Notes: generated by a model not told the origin, from the sequence alone. Numbered from the stretch's first letter, positions 1 to 10,605 are shown. The stretch is DNA of 37,309 nt from Candidatus Nealsonbacteria bacterium CG23_combo_of_CG06-09_8_20_14_all_40_13 (GCA_002771215.1 PCRM01000039.1:1-37309), one strand, 5' to 3'. Program-made: numbers and translations.

Positions 1-35
1 AGGAAGAAGTAGATTTGGAAGATATTCCATTTTAA
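1..35 (+). CDS. ssb: 3' end of single-stranded DNA-binding protein (partial; start lies outside the window)
   Basis: Frame 3 reads ...EEVDLEDIPF then TAA (33-35). An acidic tail ending D-I-P-F is the SSB C-terminal signature, and ssb directly upstream of rpsR is the conserved rpsF-ssb-rpsR order. Only 10 codons are visible. Confidence 0.45.
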   Translation, partial: EEVDLEDIPF

Positions 36-49
36 ATTGGAGAAAATAA

Positions 50-265
50 ATGCAATTTGGCAGAGCAAAATTTTGTTATTTTTGCCGTAAAAAAATAGAA
101 GACATTGACTTCAAGGACGTTGCCACCCTGCAGCGTTATTTGACTATTTGGAGTAAGGTTAAAGGCGCTAAAGAAAGCGGCGCCTGCGCCAAACATCAGC
201 GCCGATTAACTAAATCTATTAAACGCGCCCGCTTTATGGCGCTGCTGCCTTATTCCTCAAGATAA
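50..265 (+). CDS. rpsR: 30S ribosomal protein S18
   Basis: 71-aa basic protein with CYFC...IDFKDV..L.RYL....KV......G.CAKHQRRLTKSIKRARFMALLPY, the S18 family pattern. Confidence 0.9.
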   Translation: MQFGRAKFCYFCRKKIEDIDFKDVATLQRYLTIWSKVKGAKESGACAKHQRRLTKSIKRARFMALLPYSSR

Positions 266-292
266 TATTTTCAAGTGATGTGGGAGGGGGAT

Positions 293-793
293 ATGCAAAT
301 TTTAGCCTCTCATCTAATTTCACTTCCCGTTGCCGCCATTGCCAATCAAAGCAAAATTGGCGAGCTTAAAAGTGTTGTTTTTGACCCGGAAAACGGCAAA
401 GTTTTGGGATTTTTAATCAAACAGTCAATTTTCCATAAAAATAAGCTACTGTCTTTGAGCGATATTTTAAGTTTAGATGAGTCGGGCGCGGTGGTGCGTA
501 ATCAGGATGATTTGGTGGACATTTCAGAAGTAGTCAGGATTGATAAATTATTGAAGAAAAATATTCCCATTTTGGGCCAACGCGCCAAGACCGAAAGCGG
601 CAAAAACCTGGGTCTGGTTGATGATATTTTAATTGATACTTCAACTCTTTGCATCACTAAATTTTATTTAAAAAGTTTGCTGCAGGACAAAATTTTGCCT
701 TATGAAAAAGTTTACCAAATTACTTCTAAAGCGGTCGTCTTTCAAGATGATGTGACAGAAGGCAAAACCGTTGCTGAAGGAATTATGGCTTAA
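293..793 (+). CDS. PRC-barrel domain protein (hypothetical)
   Basis: ORF 275-793. ATG at 293 is preceded by GGGAGGGGG, so it is preferred over GTG at 275. Two repeats of a PRC-barrel-like pattern (L.G..V.D...GK.LG.V.D). The stop abuts the next gene's ATG. Confidence 0.5.
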   Translation: MQILASHLISLPVAAIANQSKIGELKSVVFDPENGKVLGFLIKQSIFHKNKLLSLSDILSLDESGAVVRNQDDLVDISEVVRIDKLLKKNIPILGQRAKTESGKNLGLVDDILIDTSTLCITKFYLKSLLQDKILPYEKVYQITSKAVVFQDDVTEGKTVAEGIMA

Positions 794-1456
794 ATGAATC
801 TTATAAAACTTCAAAATGTCTCTAAAATTTATCAGCACGGTAAATTAGAAATGGTCGCTTTAAAAGATATAACCATCACTGTCCAAAAAGGACAATTTTT
901 AGCCATTATGGGGCCTTCAGGCAGCGGCAAATCGACTTTAATGCATATTATTGGTCTTTTAGACAGACCCACCTCTGGCAGTTATTTTTTAGAAGGAAAA
1001 GAAATCTCACTTAGAACTTCAGATAAAGTTTTAGCTCGTCTTCGGCAGGAAAAATTTGGCTTTGTTTTTCAAACTTTCAATCTTTTGCCTAGATTACGGG
1101 CGCTAGATCAAGTGATATTACCGACTATTTATGCCCGTGCCAAAAATCGCTGGCAGAAAGCAGAAAAAGTTTTAGAAAAAGTAGGACTGAAAGAACGTAT
1201 AAATCATTGTCCCTCGGAACTGTCAGGAGGAGAACAACAGCGAGTAGCTATTGCCCGGGCGCTGGTCAACAGTCCAGAGATTATTTTGGCTGATGAGCCC
1301 ACAGGTAATTTGGATAGCAAATCTGGCGAGGAGATTTTGAAAATTTTAATAGAATTAAACAAAGAGGGGAAAACGGTTATCTTAGTTACCCACGATCCTA
1401 ATTTGGCCAATCAAGCCGAGAGAATAATTAAATTGAAAGATGGGAGAATAGTGTGA
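794..1456 (+). CDS. ABC transporter ATP-binding protein (MacB/LolD-type)
   Basis: Walker A GPSGSGKST, signature LSGGEQQRVAIARAL, Walker B IILADEPTGNLD, H-loop VTHD. Confidence 0.9.
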   Translation: MNLIKLQNVSKIYQHGKLEMVALKDITITVQKGQFLAIMGPSGSGKSTLMHIIGLLDRPTSGSYFLEGKEISLRTSDKVLARLRQEKFGFVFQTFNLLPRLRALDQVILPTIYARAKNRWQKAEKVLEKVGLKERINHCPSELSGGEQQRVAIARALVNSPEIILADEPTGNLDSKSGEEILKILIELNKEGKTVILVTHDPNLANQAERIIKLKDGRIV

Positions 1457-2676
1457 TTGGGGAAGTTTTTAAAATGGCTTTGTATTCCATCTGGAATAAT
1501 AAAGCTAGAAGTTTTTTAACTATGCTGGGGGTAATCATCGGTATTGCCTCTGTCGCGACCTTGATGGCTATTGGCGAGGGACTCAAGCAAGATGTTTCTA
1601 AAACTGTCAAAGATTTAGGTTCCAACATTGTAATTGTTTTATCCGGCGATATTCCCATCGGAGAAGGTCAAGGTATGACATCAATGGGCAATCCGGCCTC
1701 TTTAATTTCCGGCGATATTTTGAAATACCAGGATGTTGAGGAAATTAGAAAAATTGAGGGCGTGGAGGCGGTTTCCCCCATGGCCATGGTGCCGGGTTCT
1801 TTCAAAAAAGACGGCAAAGTTTCCACTCCAATTATTGCCGGGCTGGAGCCATCGATACGTAAAATTATGACTGGTTTCAAATTATCCCGGGGCCGCTTTA
1901 TTGAAGATACTGACAAGGATAAAAATGTCGTGGTGGTGGGCGATAAAGTTAGAAAACAACTTTTTGACGATAGGGAAGACATTTTGGGCGAGAAAATAAT
2001 GTTTGATAAAACAGAATTTGAGATCATCGGTCAACTTTCTCCTCCTACATCTTCTTCTCTTTTCTCCTCTGATTTTGAAACCCTTTCCGCCATTCCTTTC
2101 CAGCAGGCCAAAAAATTCACTCAAAATCAGGAAAAGATTCTGCGTATTGGCATCAAAGTCAATGATAGTTATAAGGTTGATGATATTGTGCCCAAAATTA
2201 AGGAAAATATGCTTTTACGCCACCCCAAAGAGGATTTTACTGTTGTTACTCAAGAAGACCTCCTGGGTATGCTTAACACTATTGTCAATCTTTTAACGAC
2301 AGCTGTGGCTGCCATTGCCTCTATTTCATTAATTGTTGGTGGTATCGGCATAATGAATATAATGTTAGTTTCGGTCACCGAAAGAACGCGCGAAATTGGT
2401 TTAAGAAAAGCAGTTGGCGCCACATCTGGAGCAATTCTATGGCAGTTTTTAATCGAAGCGGTGGCTATCTCACTTTTGGGGGGCACAATTGGAATTTTGT
2501 TTTCTTTCCTCGGCACTTCAATAGTGGCGGCTAAAACCGCTATAAAACCAGAGGTCACTTTATCTGCTATTTTACTAGCCGCTGGTGTTTGTATTGGAGT
2601 TGGAATTATTTTTGGTCTTGCTCCAGCTATCCGGGCTGCCCGCAAAGACCCAATTGAAGCGTTAAGGTACGAATAA
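1453..2676 (+). CDS. ABC transporter permease, FtsX/MacB-like
   Basis: N-terminal TM SFLTMLGVIIGIASV, a large extracytoplasmic domain, then a C-terminal FtsX-type 3-TM bundle (TERTREIGLRKAVGA...). GTG 1453 overlaps the ATPase stop (GTGTGA); ATG 1474 is an alternative start. Confidence 0.85.
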   Translation: MIGEVFKMALYSIWNNKARSFLTMLGVIIGIASVATLMAIGEGLKQDVSKTVKDLGSNIVIVLSGDIPIGEGQGMTSMGNPASLISGDILKYQDVEEIRKIEGVEAVSPMAMVPGSFKKDGKVSTPIIAGLEPSIRKIMTGFKLSRGRFIEDTDKDKNVVVVGDKVRKQLFDDREDILGEKIMFDKTEFEIIGQLSPPTSSSLFSSDFETLSAIPFQQAKKFTQNQEKILRIGIKVNDSYKVDDIVPKIKENMLLRHPKEDFTVVTQEDLLGMLNTIVNLLTTAVAAIASISLIVGGIGIMNIMLVSVTERTREIGLRKAVGATSGAILWQFLIEAVAISLLGGTIGILFSFLGTSIVAAKTAIKPEVTLSAILLAAGVCIGVGIIFGLAPAIRAARKDPIEALRYE

Positions 2677-2679
2677 ATA

Positions 2680-2735
2680 AAACTCAAAACTTAAAACGAA
2701 AAACTCAAAACCACAACTTAAAAGTTAAAACTATT
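2680..2735. repeat. 7-nt-periodic A-tract array (AAAACNN)n; 2680-2711 is a 32-nt perfect inverted copy of 35783-35814
   Basis: aaaactc/aaaactt/aaaacga/aaaactc/aaaacca... read directly. The exact reverse-complement match to 35783-35814 was verified base by base. Confidence 0.85.
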
Positions 2736-2760
2736 TTTCTCTTTTTCAGTCATAAACTTT

Positions 2761-2803
2761 CTGCCTTCGCAGCACTGTCGCCTTTGGCGACAAAGTGATT
2801 TTT
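2761..2803. terminator. Hairpin pair between the convergent permease and groEL genes (possible bidirectional terminator)
   Basis: CTGC-cttc-GCAG (2761-2772) and TGTCGCC-ttt-GGCGACA (2776-2792), followed by a T-run on the plus strand. Sits 20-50 nt past the groEL stop. Confidence 0.35.
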
Positions 2804-2813
2804 GAATTATATA

Positions 2814-4564
<1,751 letters not shown>

Positions 4565-4566
4565 GA

Positions 4567-4848
4567 TTATTCGATAATCGCTAATATATCTTCTTCTTCC
4601 AAGATTTTTAATTCTTCACCATCAACTTTAATTTCTTCGCCGCCGTATTGCTTGAAAAGTACTTTATCGCCGGCTTTGACAGACAGCGGCACTCTCTTGT
4701 CATTTTCCCATTTGCCTTCGCCCACAGCTATTACTTTGCCTTCCTGGGGCTTTTCTTTGGCGCTTGCCGGCAAAAGAATGCCGGATTTGGTCTCTTTCTC
4801 GGTTAACGGTTTGATTAAAACATTTTTGCCAAGCGGTTTGATGTGCAT
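4567..4848 (-). CDS. groS: Co-chaperonin GroES (10 kDa)
   Basis: 93 aa, IKPLGKNVLIKP...SGILLP......PQEGKVIAVG.G, directly upstream of groEL. Confidence 0.95.
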   Translation of the reverse strand: MHIKPLGKNVLIKPLTEKETKSGILLPASAKEKPQEGKVIAVGEGKWENDKRVPLSVKAGDKVLFKQYGGEEIKVDGEELKILEEEDILAIIE

Positions 4849-4879
4849 TTTGCCTCCGATTTTAAAAACTTTAACTTTT

Positions 4880-4927
4880 GGTGGTTAAAGTGGCAGTAGA
4901 ACGGAAGGGGGAACCGTCTACCACCAC
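4880..4927 (-). promoter_or_regulatory. Inverted repeat in the groES leader (candidate operator or RNA structure; not canonical CIRCE)
   Basis: Minus strand reads GTGG-TG-GTAGACGG-ttccccctt-CCGT(T)CTAC-TG-CCAC. It has 8-bp arms with a 9-nt spacer, between the predicted promoter and the groES SD (GGAGG). Confidence 0.3.
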
Positions 4928-4968
4928 ATTTCAAAATAACATTTTTTACCAATTTCTGTCAAGACCTT

Positions 4969-4997
4969 ATTATAAAACTTAAATTGAAATAAGTCAA
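4969..4997 (-). promoter_or_regulatory. Sigma70-like promoter for groES-groEL
   Basis: Minus strand TTGACT (4997-4992), a 17-nt spacer, then TATAAT (4974-4969), about 120 nt upstream of the groES ATG. Confidence 0.5.
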
Positions 4998-5002
4998 TAT
5001 TT

Positions 5003-5968
5003 TTAGGCCAATGTTTTCATTTTGGTATTTTTGAGTTCAATATTTTTTGTCTTTGAGAGCCATCGCCGCAAAATTTCCTGCCGCTGGCTGAAGTGGTGCA
5101 GTTCAACCATTTTGTCATCTGCCCGGATGTTAGCGCCGGGTCGGCGTGCCTCCGGCAAGGAATAGATGCGCCAAATTTGCAGTTTGCCCGAAATGACATT
5201 AAAAATTGTGCCCCAGATGCCTCCTAACAACCATTCAAACAAATTGCGCCAGTCGCGCAAAATTTTGGAGTCGGCCACCAAATCTGCAATTAAATTGCTT
5301 CTTAATTTTAACTTGAAATTGGGGATATTGTCTGCCACCCAAGCGTTCGCCTGCCAGAATTTGAAAAAATTGGAAAAACTGTAAAGCGGCCGGGCCCAAG
5401 CAATCCAATATGGCGTTAAAATATCCAAACCAATCAGTTTTGTTTTTTGGATATTCAAGCCGTTTTCCACCAGATAGTAGCCCAGACAAATTTTATCACA
5501 CTTTTTATGCTTGCTTTTGCGCAAACCCAGCACAAAAATTGTGGCAATAACCAACAGCCGGCAAAGCCAAAGCCGGTTTTTGGCGCTGACAATTAACAGG
5601 TCAATGTCGCTTGACGGTTTGGCATTATCCAACGCCAAAGATTGGATGACAAAAATGCCGCGCAAAAATGGCACCCACTGCAAATCTTTGACCGCCCGTT
5701 TGGCAATTTGCAATTTTTTACTGGAAATTTGGCGGCGGCGCAGATGCAAAGGAATAATTTTTTTTCTTCTTTTAAAGGCAAAAAAACCATTTTGCTCGAC
5801 GATTATTTCTTCATTAAGCAAGAGCCTTACAGCTTGTTTAATTTCGTCGTTACGGGCGGTTGCGCGCCAAAGATAAATCTCCAGCTCCTCCAAGGTCAGC
5901 GGTCTGTCAAAAAGGTCAAAGAAAGCAAGGGTGGACAGGATTGATTGACAAATTTCTTGCTTAATCAT
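5003..5968 (-). CDS. Hypothetical protein with a possible Pol-beta-type nucleotidyltransferase motif
   Basis: 321-aa ORF with a clean ATG. Only a weak family cue (QSLALDNAKPSSDIDLLIV resembles GS...D.D of the NTase fold). Confidence 0.4.
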   Translation of the reverse strand: MIKQEICQSILSTLAFFDLFDRPLTLEELEIYLWRATARNDEIKQAVRLLLNEEIIVEQNGFFAFKRRKKIIPLHLRRRQISSKKLQIAKRAVKDLQWVPFLRGIFVIQSLALDNAKPSSDIDLLIVSAKNRLWLCRLLVIATIFVLGLRKSKHKKCDKICLGYYLVENGLNIQKTKLIGLDILTPYWIAWARPLYSFSNFFKFWQANAWVADNIPNFKLKLRSNLIADLVADSKILRDWRNLFEWLLGGIWGTIFNVISGKLQIWRIYSLPEARRPGANIRADDKMVELHHFSQRQEILRRWLSKTKNIELKNTKMKTLA

Positions 5969-5990
5969 TTGGTTTGATTATACATTAAAG

Positions 5991-6019
5991 TTGAATTTTT
6001 TTCAGATAAACTTTAAAAT
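5991..6019 (+). promoter_or_regulatory. Candidate promoter for trpS
   Basis: TTGAAT (5991-5996), a 17-nt spacer, then TAAAAT (6014-6019). The ATG is at 6029 and no SD is visible. Confidence 0.3.
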
Positions 6020-6028
6020 AAAAATAAG

Positions 6029-7009
6029 ATGAAAAGATTATTTTCCGGTATTCAGCCGACAGGTAATATCCATATCGGCAACTATTTGGGGGCAATTAGC
6101 CGCTGGGCAGGGATGCAGCAGGAGTTTGACAGCATTTTTTGCATTGTTGATTTGCACGCCATAACCGTGCCGCAAGATCCAAAAACATTGCGGGCTAAGA
6201 TTTTGGAAATGGCCGGCTTACTTTTGGCTGCCGGCATCAACGCGGAAAAATCACTTATTTTTGTCCAGTCGCAGGTTTGCGCTCACTGCCAGTTGGCTTG
6301 GATATTAAACTGCACAACGCCAATGGGCTGGATGCAGCGAATGACGCAGTTTAAGGAAAAATCAGTCAAATTAAAAGAGAAAGTCAGCGTTGGTCTGTTT
6401 GATTATCCGATTTTAATGGCCGCTGATATTTTGCTTTATGACACGGATGTGGTGCCGGTGGGCGAAGATCAAAAACAGCACGTGGAGCTGGCGCGCAACA
6501 TTGCTGAAAAATTTAACAGTTTGTACGGCCAGACCTTCCAATTGCCAGAGCCGCTAATTGCGCCGGTGGGCGGCCGGATTATGGCCTTGGATGAGCCGAC
6601 TAAAAAAATGAGCAAAAGTGACGAGAGTCCAGACAGTGTTATCGGCATCTTGGATTCGCCTGATGACATTGCCCGCAAAATTACCAAAGCCACCACTGAT
6701 TCTCAAACTGCAATCAAATTTGATGCGTCACGGCCCGGCATTTACAATCTGCTGGTCATTTATGAATTGTTCAGCGGTATGGCAAGAGAGAACATTGAGC
6801 AAAAATTTGCCAGCTCAAATTACAGCCAATTTAAAAAAGATTTAGCTTCTTTGCTGGCCACTAAATTAAAACCATTTCAAGAACAATTTCAAAAAATAAG
6901 TGCTGATAAAAGTTATATTAGCTCTATTTTAGATAAAGGCGCCCAAAAAGCCAGACCGCTGGCAGAGCGCACTTTATTGGATGTTAAACAAAAAATAGGA
7001 CTGTATTAG
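6029..7009 (+). CDS. trpS: Tryptophan--tRNA ligase
   Basis: Class I signatures GNIHIGNYLGA (HIGH) and KMSKS, about 326 aa, with a TrpRS-typical N-terminus (FSGIQPTG). Confidence 0.93.
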   Translation: MKRLFSGIQPTGNIHIGNYLGAISRWAGMQQEFDSIFCIVDLHAITVPQDPKTLRAKILEMAGLLLAAGINAEKSLIFVQSQVCAHCQLAWILNCTTPMGWMQRMTQFKEKSVKLKEKVSVGLFDYPILMAADILLYDTDVVPVGEDQKQHVELARNIAEKFNSLYGQTFQLPEPLIAPVGGRIMALDEPTKKMSKSDESPDSVIGILDSPDDIARKITKATTDSQTAIKFDASRPGIYNLLVIYELFSGMARENIEQKFASSNYSQFKKDLASLLATKLKPFQEQFQKISADKSYISSILDKGAQKARPLAERTLLDVKQKIGLY

Positions 7010-7963
7010 CTACACGTTTGGTATGGAACTTTTTGGTCTGCCTTCTAAATTTTTGGCGATCTCATCAATTCCCTGATCAAGGGTATATTTTGGCACATAA
7101 CCAAGTGCTTTCTGGATTTTGGTCAAATCAGCCAGATGGTGTCTGGCCGTCCATTTAAGCGGGCTTTTAATGTGTTTATGCTTGATATTTTTGCCCAAAC
7201 GCTGGTTGATCTTTTCAAGTATTTCATGAAGATTGTAATTTTTTGATGTGCCTACATTAAAAATCGTATGGCCAAATTTTTTGGGCGTTTCAACCGCCAG
7301 CTGGACAGCCGCGCAAACATCCGCGACATTGGTCAAATCCCTTTCTTGTAAACCATCACCATAAACTATTGGTATTTTATCAAGCCAAATATTCCATAAA
7401 AACTGGCTAACTAAGTTGGCATAACGAGTTTTGTGTTCTTCTTTTGGACCATAAACGCTCAAAAATCGAAAGCCAATAATTTCTGTTCCATACTCACGGT
7501 TGTAGACGTTGGCCAAATGCTCCATAGAATGCTTAGCCACTGAATAAAAATTTGGCGGGATAACGTGTTGATCCTCGGTAAATGGCGTTGGATTATCGCC
7601 ATAAATTGAAGAAGTGGAGGCAAACAGAACTTTTTTGACTTTTGTTTTACGAGCAAAATCAAGAACATTGATAAAGCCCAAAATATTGTTGCTCATAGCA
7701 GCTTTCAAATCTTCTTGAAACATAAATGTGCAAGAAGCGCCGGCCAAATGAACAATATAATCATATTTGCCCGGCAGATTTTCTAAATCTTTTATTTTTT
7801 CCACATCGCCTTTAATAAATTTAACTTTAGGCGTTAAATTTTCTTTTTTGCCAAGTGACAGATTATCAAAAGCACTAACATTATAGCCACTTTGGTAAAT
7901 GCGGTTGCAAAGATTAGAACCGATAAAACCACATCCTCCTGTAATAAGCACATTTTTAGACAT
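7010..7963 (-). CDS. NAD-dependent sugar-nucleotide epimerase/dehydratase (SDR family)
   Basis: ITGGCGFIGSNL Rossmann motif and YSVAK catalytic YxxxK; 317 aa. Its stop codon abuts the trpS stop with zero spacer. Confidence 0.85.
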   Translation of the reverse strand: MSKNVLITGGCGFIGSNLCNRIYQSGYNVSAFDNLSLGKKENLTPKVKFIKGDVEKIKDLENLPGKYDYIVHLAGASCTFMFQEDLKAAMSNNILGFINVLDFARKTKVKKVLFASTSSIYGDNPTPFTEDQHVIPPNFYSVAKHSMEHLANVYNREYGTEIIGFRFLSVYGPKEEHKTRYANLVSQFLWNIWLDKIPIVYGDGLQERDLTNVADVCAAVQLAVETPKKFGHTIFNVGTSKNYNLHEILEKINQRLGKNIKHKHIKSPLKWTARHHLADLTKIQKALGYVPKYTLDQGIDEIAKNLEGRPKSSIPNV

Positions 7964-8016
7964 AGCTTCTCCAAACTGATAAATTACAAGTTTCAGCCCG
8001 CCCCGCTACCTGACGC

Positions 8017-8037
8017 ACCCCGATGGAACATCGGGGT
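8017..8037. repeat. G+C-rich palindrome ACCCCGATG-gaa-CATCGGGGT (TACCCCG-type motif)
   Basis: 9-bp perfect stem read directly. On the minus strand it reads TTACCCCGATG...CATCGGGGTG, sharing the TACCCCG terminus with the elements at 17300-17415 and 34806-34922. Confidence 0.6.
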
Positions 8038-8057
8038 AAGAAATGGTGTGGGGTAAA

Positions 8058-8072
8058 ACCGGCCCCGCCGGT
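8058..8072 (-). terminator. Rho-independent-like terminator after the phosphomannomutase gene
   Basis: ACCGGC-ccc-GCCGGT stem followed by TTTTA on the minus strand. A T8 run also follows on the plus strand at 8081-8088, so it may work in both directions. Confidence 0.4.
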
Positions 8073-8104
8073 GATAAGAATTTTTTTTCTCACTTCGTTT
8101 TGCA

Positions 8105-9457
8105 TTATTTACTCATTTTCTTGGAAATTTCAATAATCTCTTTTTGCTTTTTACTAAGTAATGTTTTATCAGTTGATTCAATATTGAGCTTTAAAACTGG
8201 CTCCGTGTTGGAAGAACGAAGGTTAAAACGCCAATTGGGATATTCCACTGTTAAGCCATCTGTGTCGTTTTGTTGACCGTCAATATATTTAGCTTTGAGC
8301 GCAGAGATTATTTTTTCGCCGTTTGGGGAGGCAATTTTAATCTCATCGATCATAAAAAACTTTTTTCTCAAGTCGGCTAAAAGCTTAGACAATTTTTGAT
8401 TTTTATCGGATAAGAGTTTTAAAACCATTAAAAATGGAATAATACCGTTGTCGGAATAGAAATTGTCGCGGAAGAAATAATGGGCAGTCATCTCCGCGGC
8501 CATAAAAGCATTTTGTTTGCGCAATTGCTGTTGCATAAAGATCCGTCCGGATTTAACAAGTGACAATTTAATACCGTATTTTTGAGCCATTTGGACAATT
8601 GGATAAATCGCACGCAGATCAATAATTACTTTAGCGCCAGGTTTCTCTTTGGCAATATATTCCATCAAAATAGCGGTCACAAATGGTGCGGGCACAAATT
8701 CGCCCTTTTCATCAAAAAAGAAACATCGATCGCCATCGCCGTCCCAAGAAACGCCAAAATCAGCTTGATGAGTTTTAATAATGGCAATTGTATCGGCTCT
8801 TCTTTGGGGCAAAAGCGGATTGGGTTCACCTTTTCTAAGTTTTGGATCTGGCTTTTTATCAATCCAAATCATTTGAAGTGGTAAATCTTTAACAACCTGC
8901 TCAATGACCGGCCCCATCGCGCCATTTAAGGTGTTAAAAACCACTTTAAAAGGTTTAATTTTTGCCAACTTAACAAAAGAAAGAACAAATTTTTTATAGT
9001 CGGCAAAAATATCTAAACTTGTCAATTTACCTTTTTTATAAACTTTGCGAAATTTGCCTTTTTGGATAATGGCTTTAACATCTAACAGCCCTGAATTGCC
9101 GGTGACTGGAATAGCTTGCTTTCTAACAAATTTGAAGCCGCCGTACTCTGGTGCGTTGTGCGAGGCAGAAACAGCGATGCCGCCATCAAAACCGAAATGG
9201 CCAACCGCAAAAAAGAGCATATCTGTGGTAATTTGGCCAATTTGACAGACATCAACGCCCTGTTCAAGTAAACCTCGAATAAGTTCTTTTTCCATTGTGG
9301 CTGACTGGGCACGGACATCGCGGCCGACAATTACTTTTTTGGGTTTCAAAAAATCAGCATAGGCCCGACCTAAAAGATAAGCGACCTTTTCATTTACCTG
9401 TGTCGGATAAACCCCGCGAATATCATAAGCCTTAAAAATTGAATTAATAATTTTCAT
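8105..9457 (-). CDS. Phosphomannomutase/phosphoglucomutase family protein
   Basis: Phosphoserine loop VSASHNAPEYGGFK and metal loop GVSWDGDGDR; 450 aa; overlaps the upstream guanylyltransferase gene by 4 nt. Confidence 0.85.
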   Translation of the reverse strand: MKIINSIFKAYDIRGVYPTQVNEKVAYLLGRAYADFLKPKKVIVGRDVRAQSATMEKELIRGLLEQGVDVCQIGQITTDMLFFAVGHFGFDGGIAVSASHNAPEYGGFKFVRKQAIPVTGNSGLLDVKAIIQKGKFRKVYKKGKLTSLDIFADYKKFVLSFVKLAKIKPFKVVFNTLNGAMGPVIEQVVKDLPLQMIWIDKKPDPKLRKGEPNPLLPQRRADTIAIIKTHQADFGVSWDGDGDRCFFFDEKGEFVPAPFVTAILMEYIAKEKPGAKVIIDLRAIYPIVQMAQKYGIKLSLVKSGRIFMQQQLRKQNAFMAAEMTAHYFFRDNFYSDNGIIPFLMVLKLLSDKNQKLSKLLADLRKKFFMIDEIKIASPNGEKIISALKAKYIDGQQNDTDGLTVEYPNWRFNLRSSNTEPVLKLNIESTDKTLLSKKQKEIIEISKKMSK

Positions 9458-10593
9458 AGATAAAGATATTTCCCTTGTTCTTTAATTTTATCCAATAATT
9501 GTTTGAGTTCTTGAGCTTTATCTTTGGCGGCAACCAGCGTCACATCAGGCGAATCAACAATAATAACATCTTTCAGCCCTAAAGTCGCCACTAATTTATC
9601 ATGAGCATAAATTAAACAATTTTGGCTGCCATAGTCAACATGATGGCCTTTGATAATCATGCCGGATTTAAATGTTTCCGATAAAATATCATGCACCGAA
9701 GCCCAGTTGCCAACATCCGACCACTCCAAATCCGACGGAATAACAAAAACATTTTTGACAAAACCTTTTTTTTGGATAATAGCGATTTCGAATTGCTCGG
9801 ATTCAAAACGGGCAAAAAGCTCGGCGATTTTTTTGTTTTGAGGCTCTTTTTGAGTTAGTTCCTGTTTTATTTTATCCAATAGCTGCTTCATGCGGGGTTG
9901 GTATTTGCCAAACCAAGCCAGACAATCAGAAGCGCGAAAACAGTAATAACACGCGTTCCAAAGATATCTCCATGATTTAATATATTGCTGAGCAGTTGGT
10001 AAATCTGGTTTTTCCACAAAAGTATCAACTTGAAAAAGTTGGTGGCCATCGCTTTCTTTTAATTGTTTGCCCATTTTAATATAGCCCAAACCAGTTTCGG
10101 GCCGGCGAGGATTGATACCAATAGTTATTAAATGATTAGGATTTAAACTTGTGGCCTTGAAAGCAGCTTTGAGGGCTGCAGCAAATTCCTCGGGATTTTG
10201 GATAACATGGTCGGAAGCGATAGTAGTAATAATTGCCTTGGGATTGCGCATTAATATTTTGGTAGCGACAAAACCAATAGCTGGGGCAGTATTTTTTGAA
10301 GTTGGCTCAATAATAAATTGGGATTCTGGCAGTTCTGCCAACTGCTTTATAACTTCATCTTTATAAACCGCAGCGGTAGCCACAAAAATTTGACTCGGGT
10401 TTAATACCCGCTTAAGACGCAGGTAAGTCTCCTGCAAAAGAGTCTTCTCGCCAGTTAAAGCGTGAAATTGTTTTGGTCGGCTAATTCGGCTCATTGGCCA
10501 CAATCGTTTGCCCGAACCGCCAGCCATTAAAACGGCATAGTAATTACTGTTAATTATATTGTGAGATTTGGAAATTTGAGTTTTTTGCTCCAT
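9454..10593 (-). CDS. Mannose-1-phosphate guanylyltransferase (NTP-transferase domain, no C-terminal isomerase domain evident)
   Basis: N-terminal AVLMAGGSGKRLWPMSR...PKQF motif and ManC-like colinearity; 379 aa. Confidence 0.75.
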   Translation of the reverse strand: MEQKTQISKSHNIINSNYYAVLMAGGSGKRLWPMSRISRPKQFHALTGEKTLLQETYLRLKRVLNPSQIFVATAAVYKDEVIKQLAELPESQFIIEPTSKNTAPAIGFVATKILMRNPKAIITTIASDHVIQNPEEFAAALKAAFKATSLNPNHLITIGINPRRPETGLGYIKMGKQLKESDGHQLFQVDTFVEKPDLPTAQQYIKSWRYLWNACYYCFRASDCLAWFGKYQPRMKQLLDKIKQELTQKEPQNKKIAELFARFESEQFEIAIIQKKGFVKNVFVIPSDLEWSDVGNWASVHDILSETFKSGMIIKGHHVDYGSQNCLIYAHDKLVATLGLKDVIIVDSPDVTLVAAKDKAQELKQLLDKIKEQGKYLYL

Positions 10594-10605
10594 TATTATC
10601 CTTAA

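Noticed and set aside
1204-2687. Minus-strand ORFs antisense to the ABC ATPase and permease genes
   Set aside because: They overlap strongly supported plus-strand genes, and their translations lack recognisable motifs.
4849-5002. Canonical CIRCE element upstream of groES
   Set aside because: I searched by eye for TTAGCACTC / GAGTGCTAA on both strands and did not find it. Only the non-canonical inverted repeat reported above is present.
7001-7018. Abutting stop codons of the convergent trpS and epimerase genes (zero intergenic bases, no terminator)
   Set aside because: Noted, but this is ordinary for very compact genomes and has no further signal.
8043-8276. 77-aa plus-strand ORF spanning the spacer and the phosphomannomutase 3' end
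   Set aside because: It overlaps the supported minus-strand gene and the terminator hairpin, and has no motif support.
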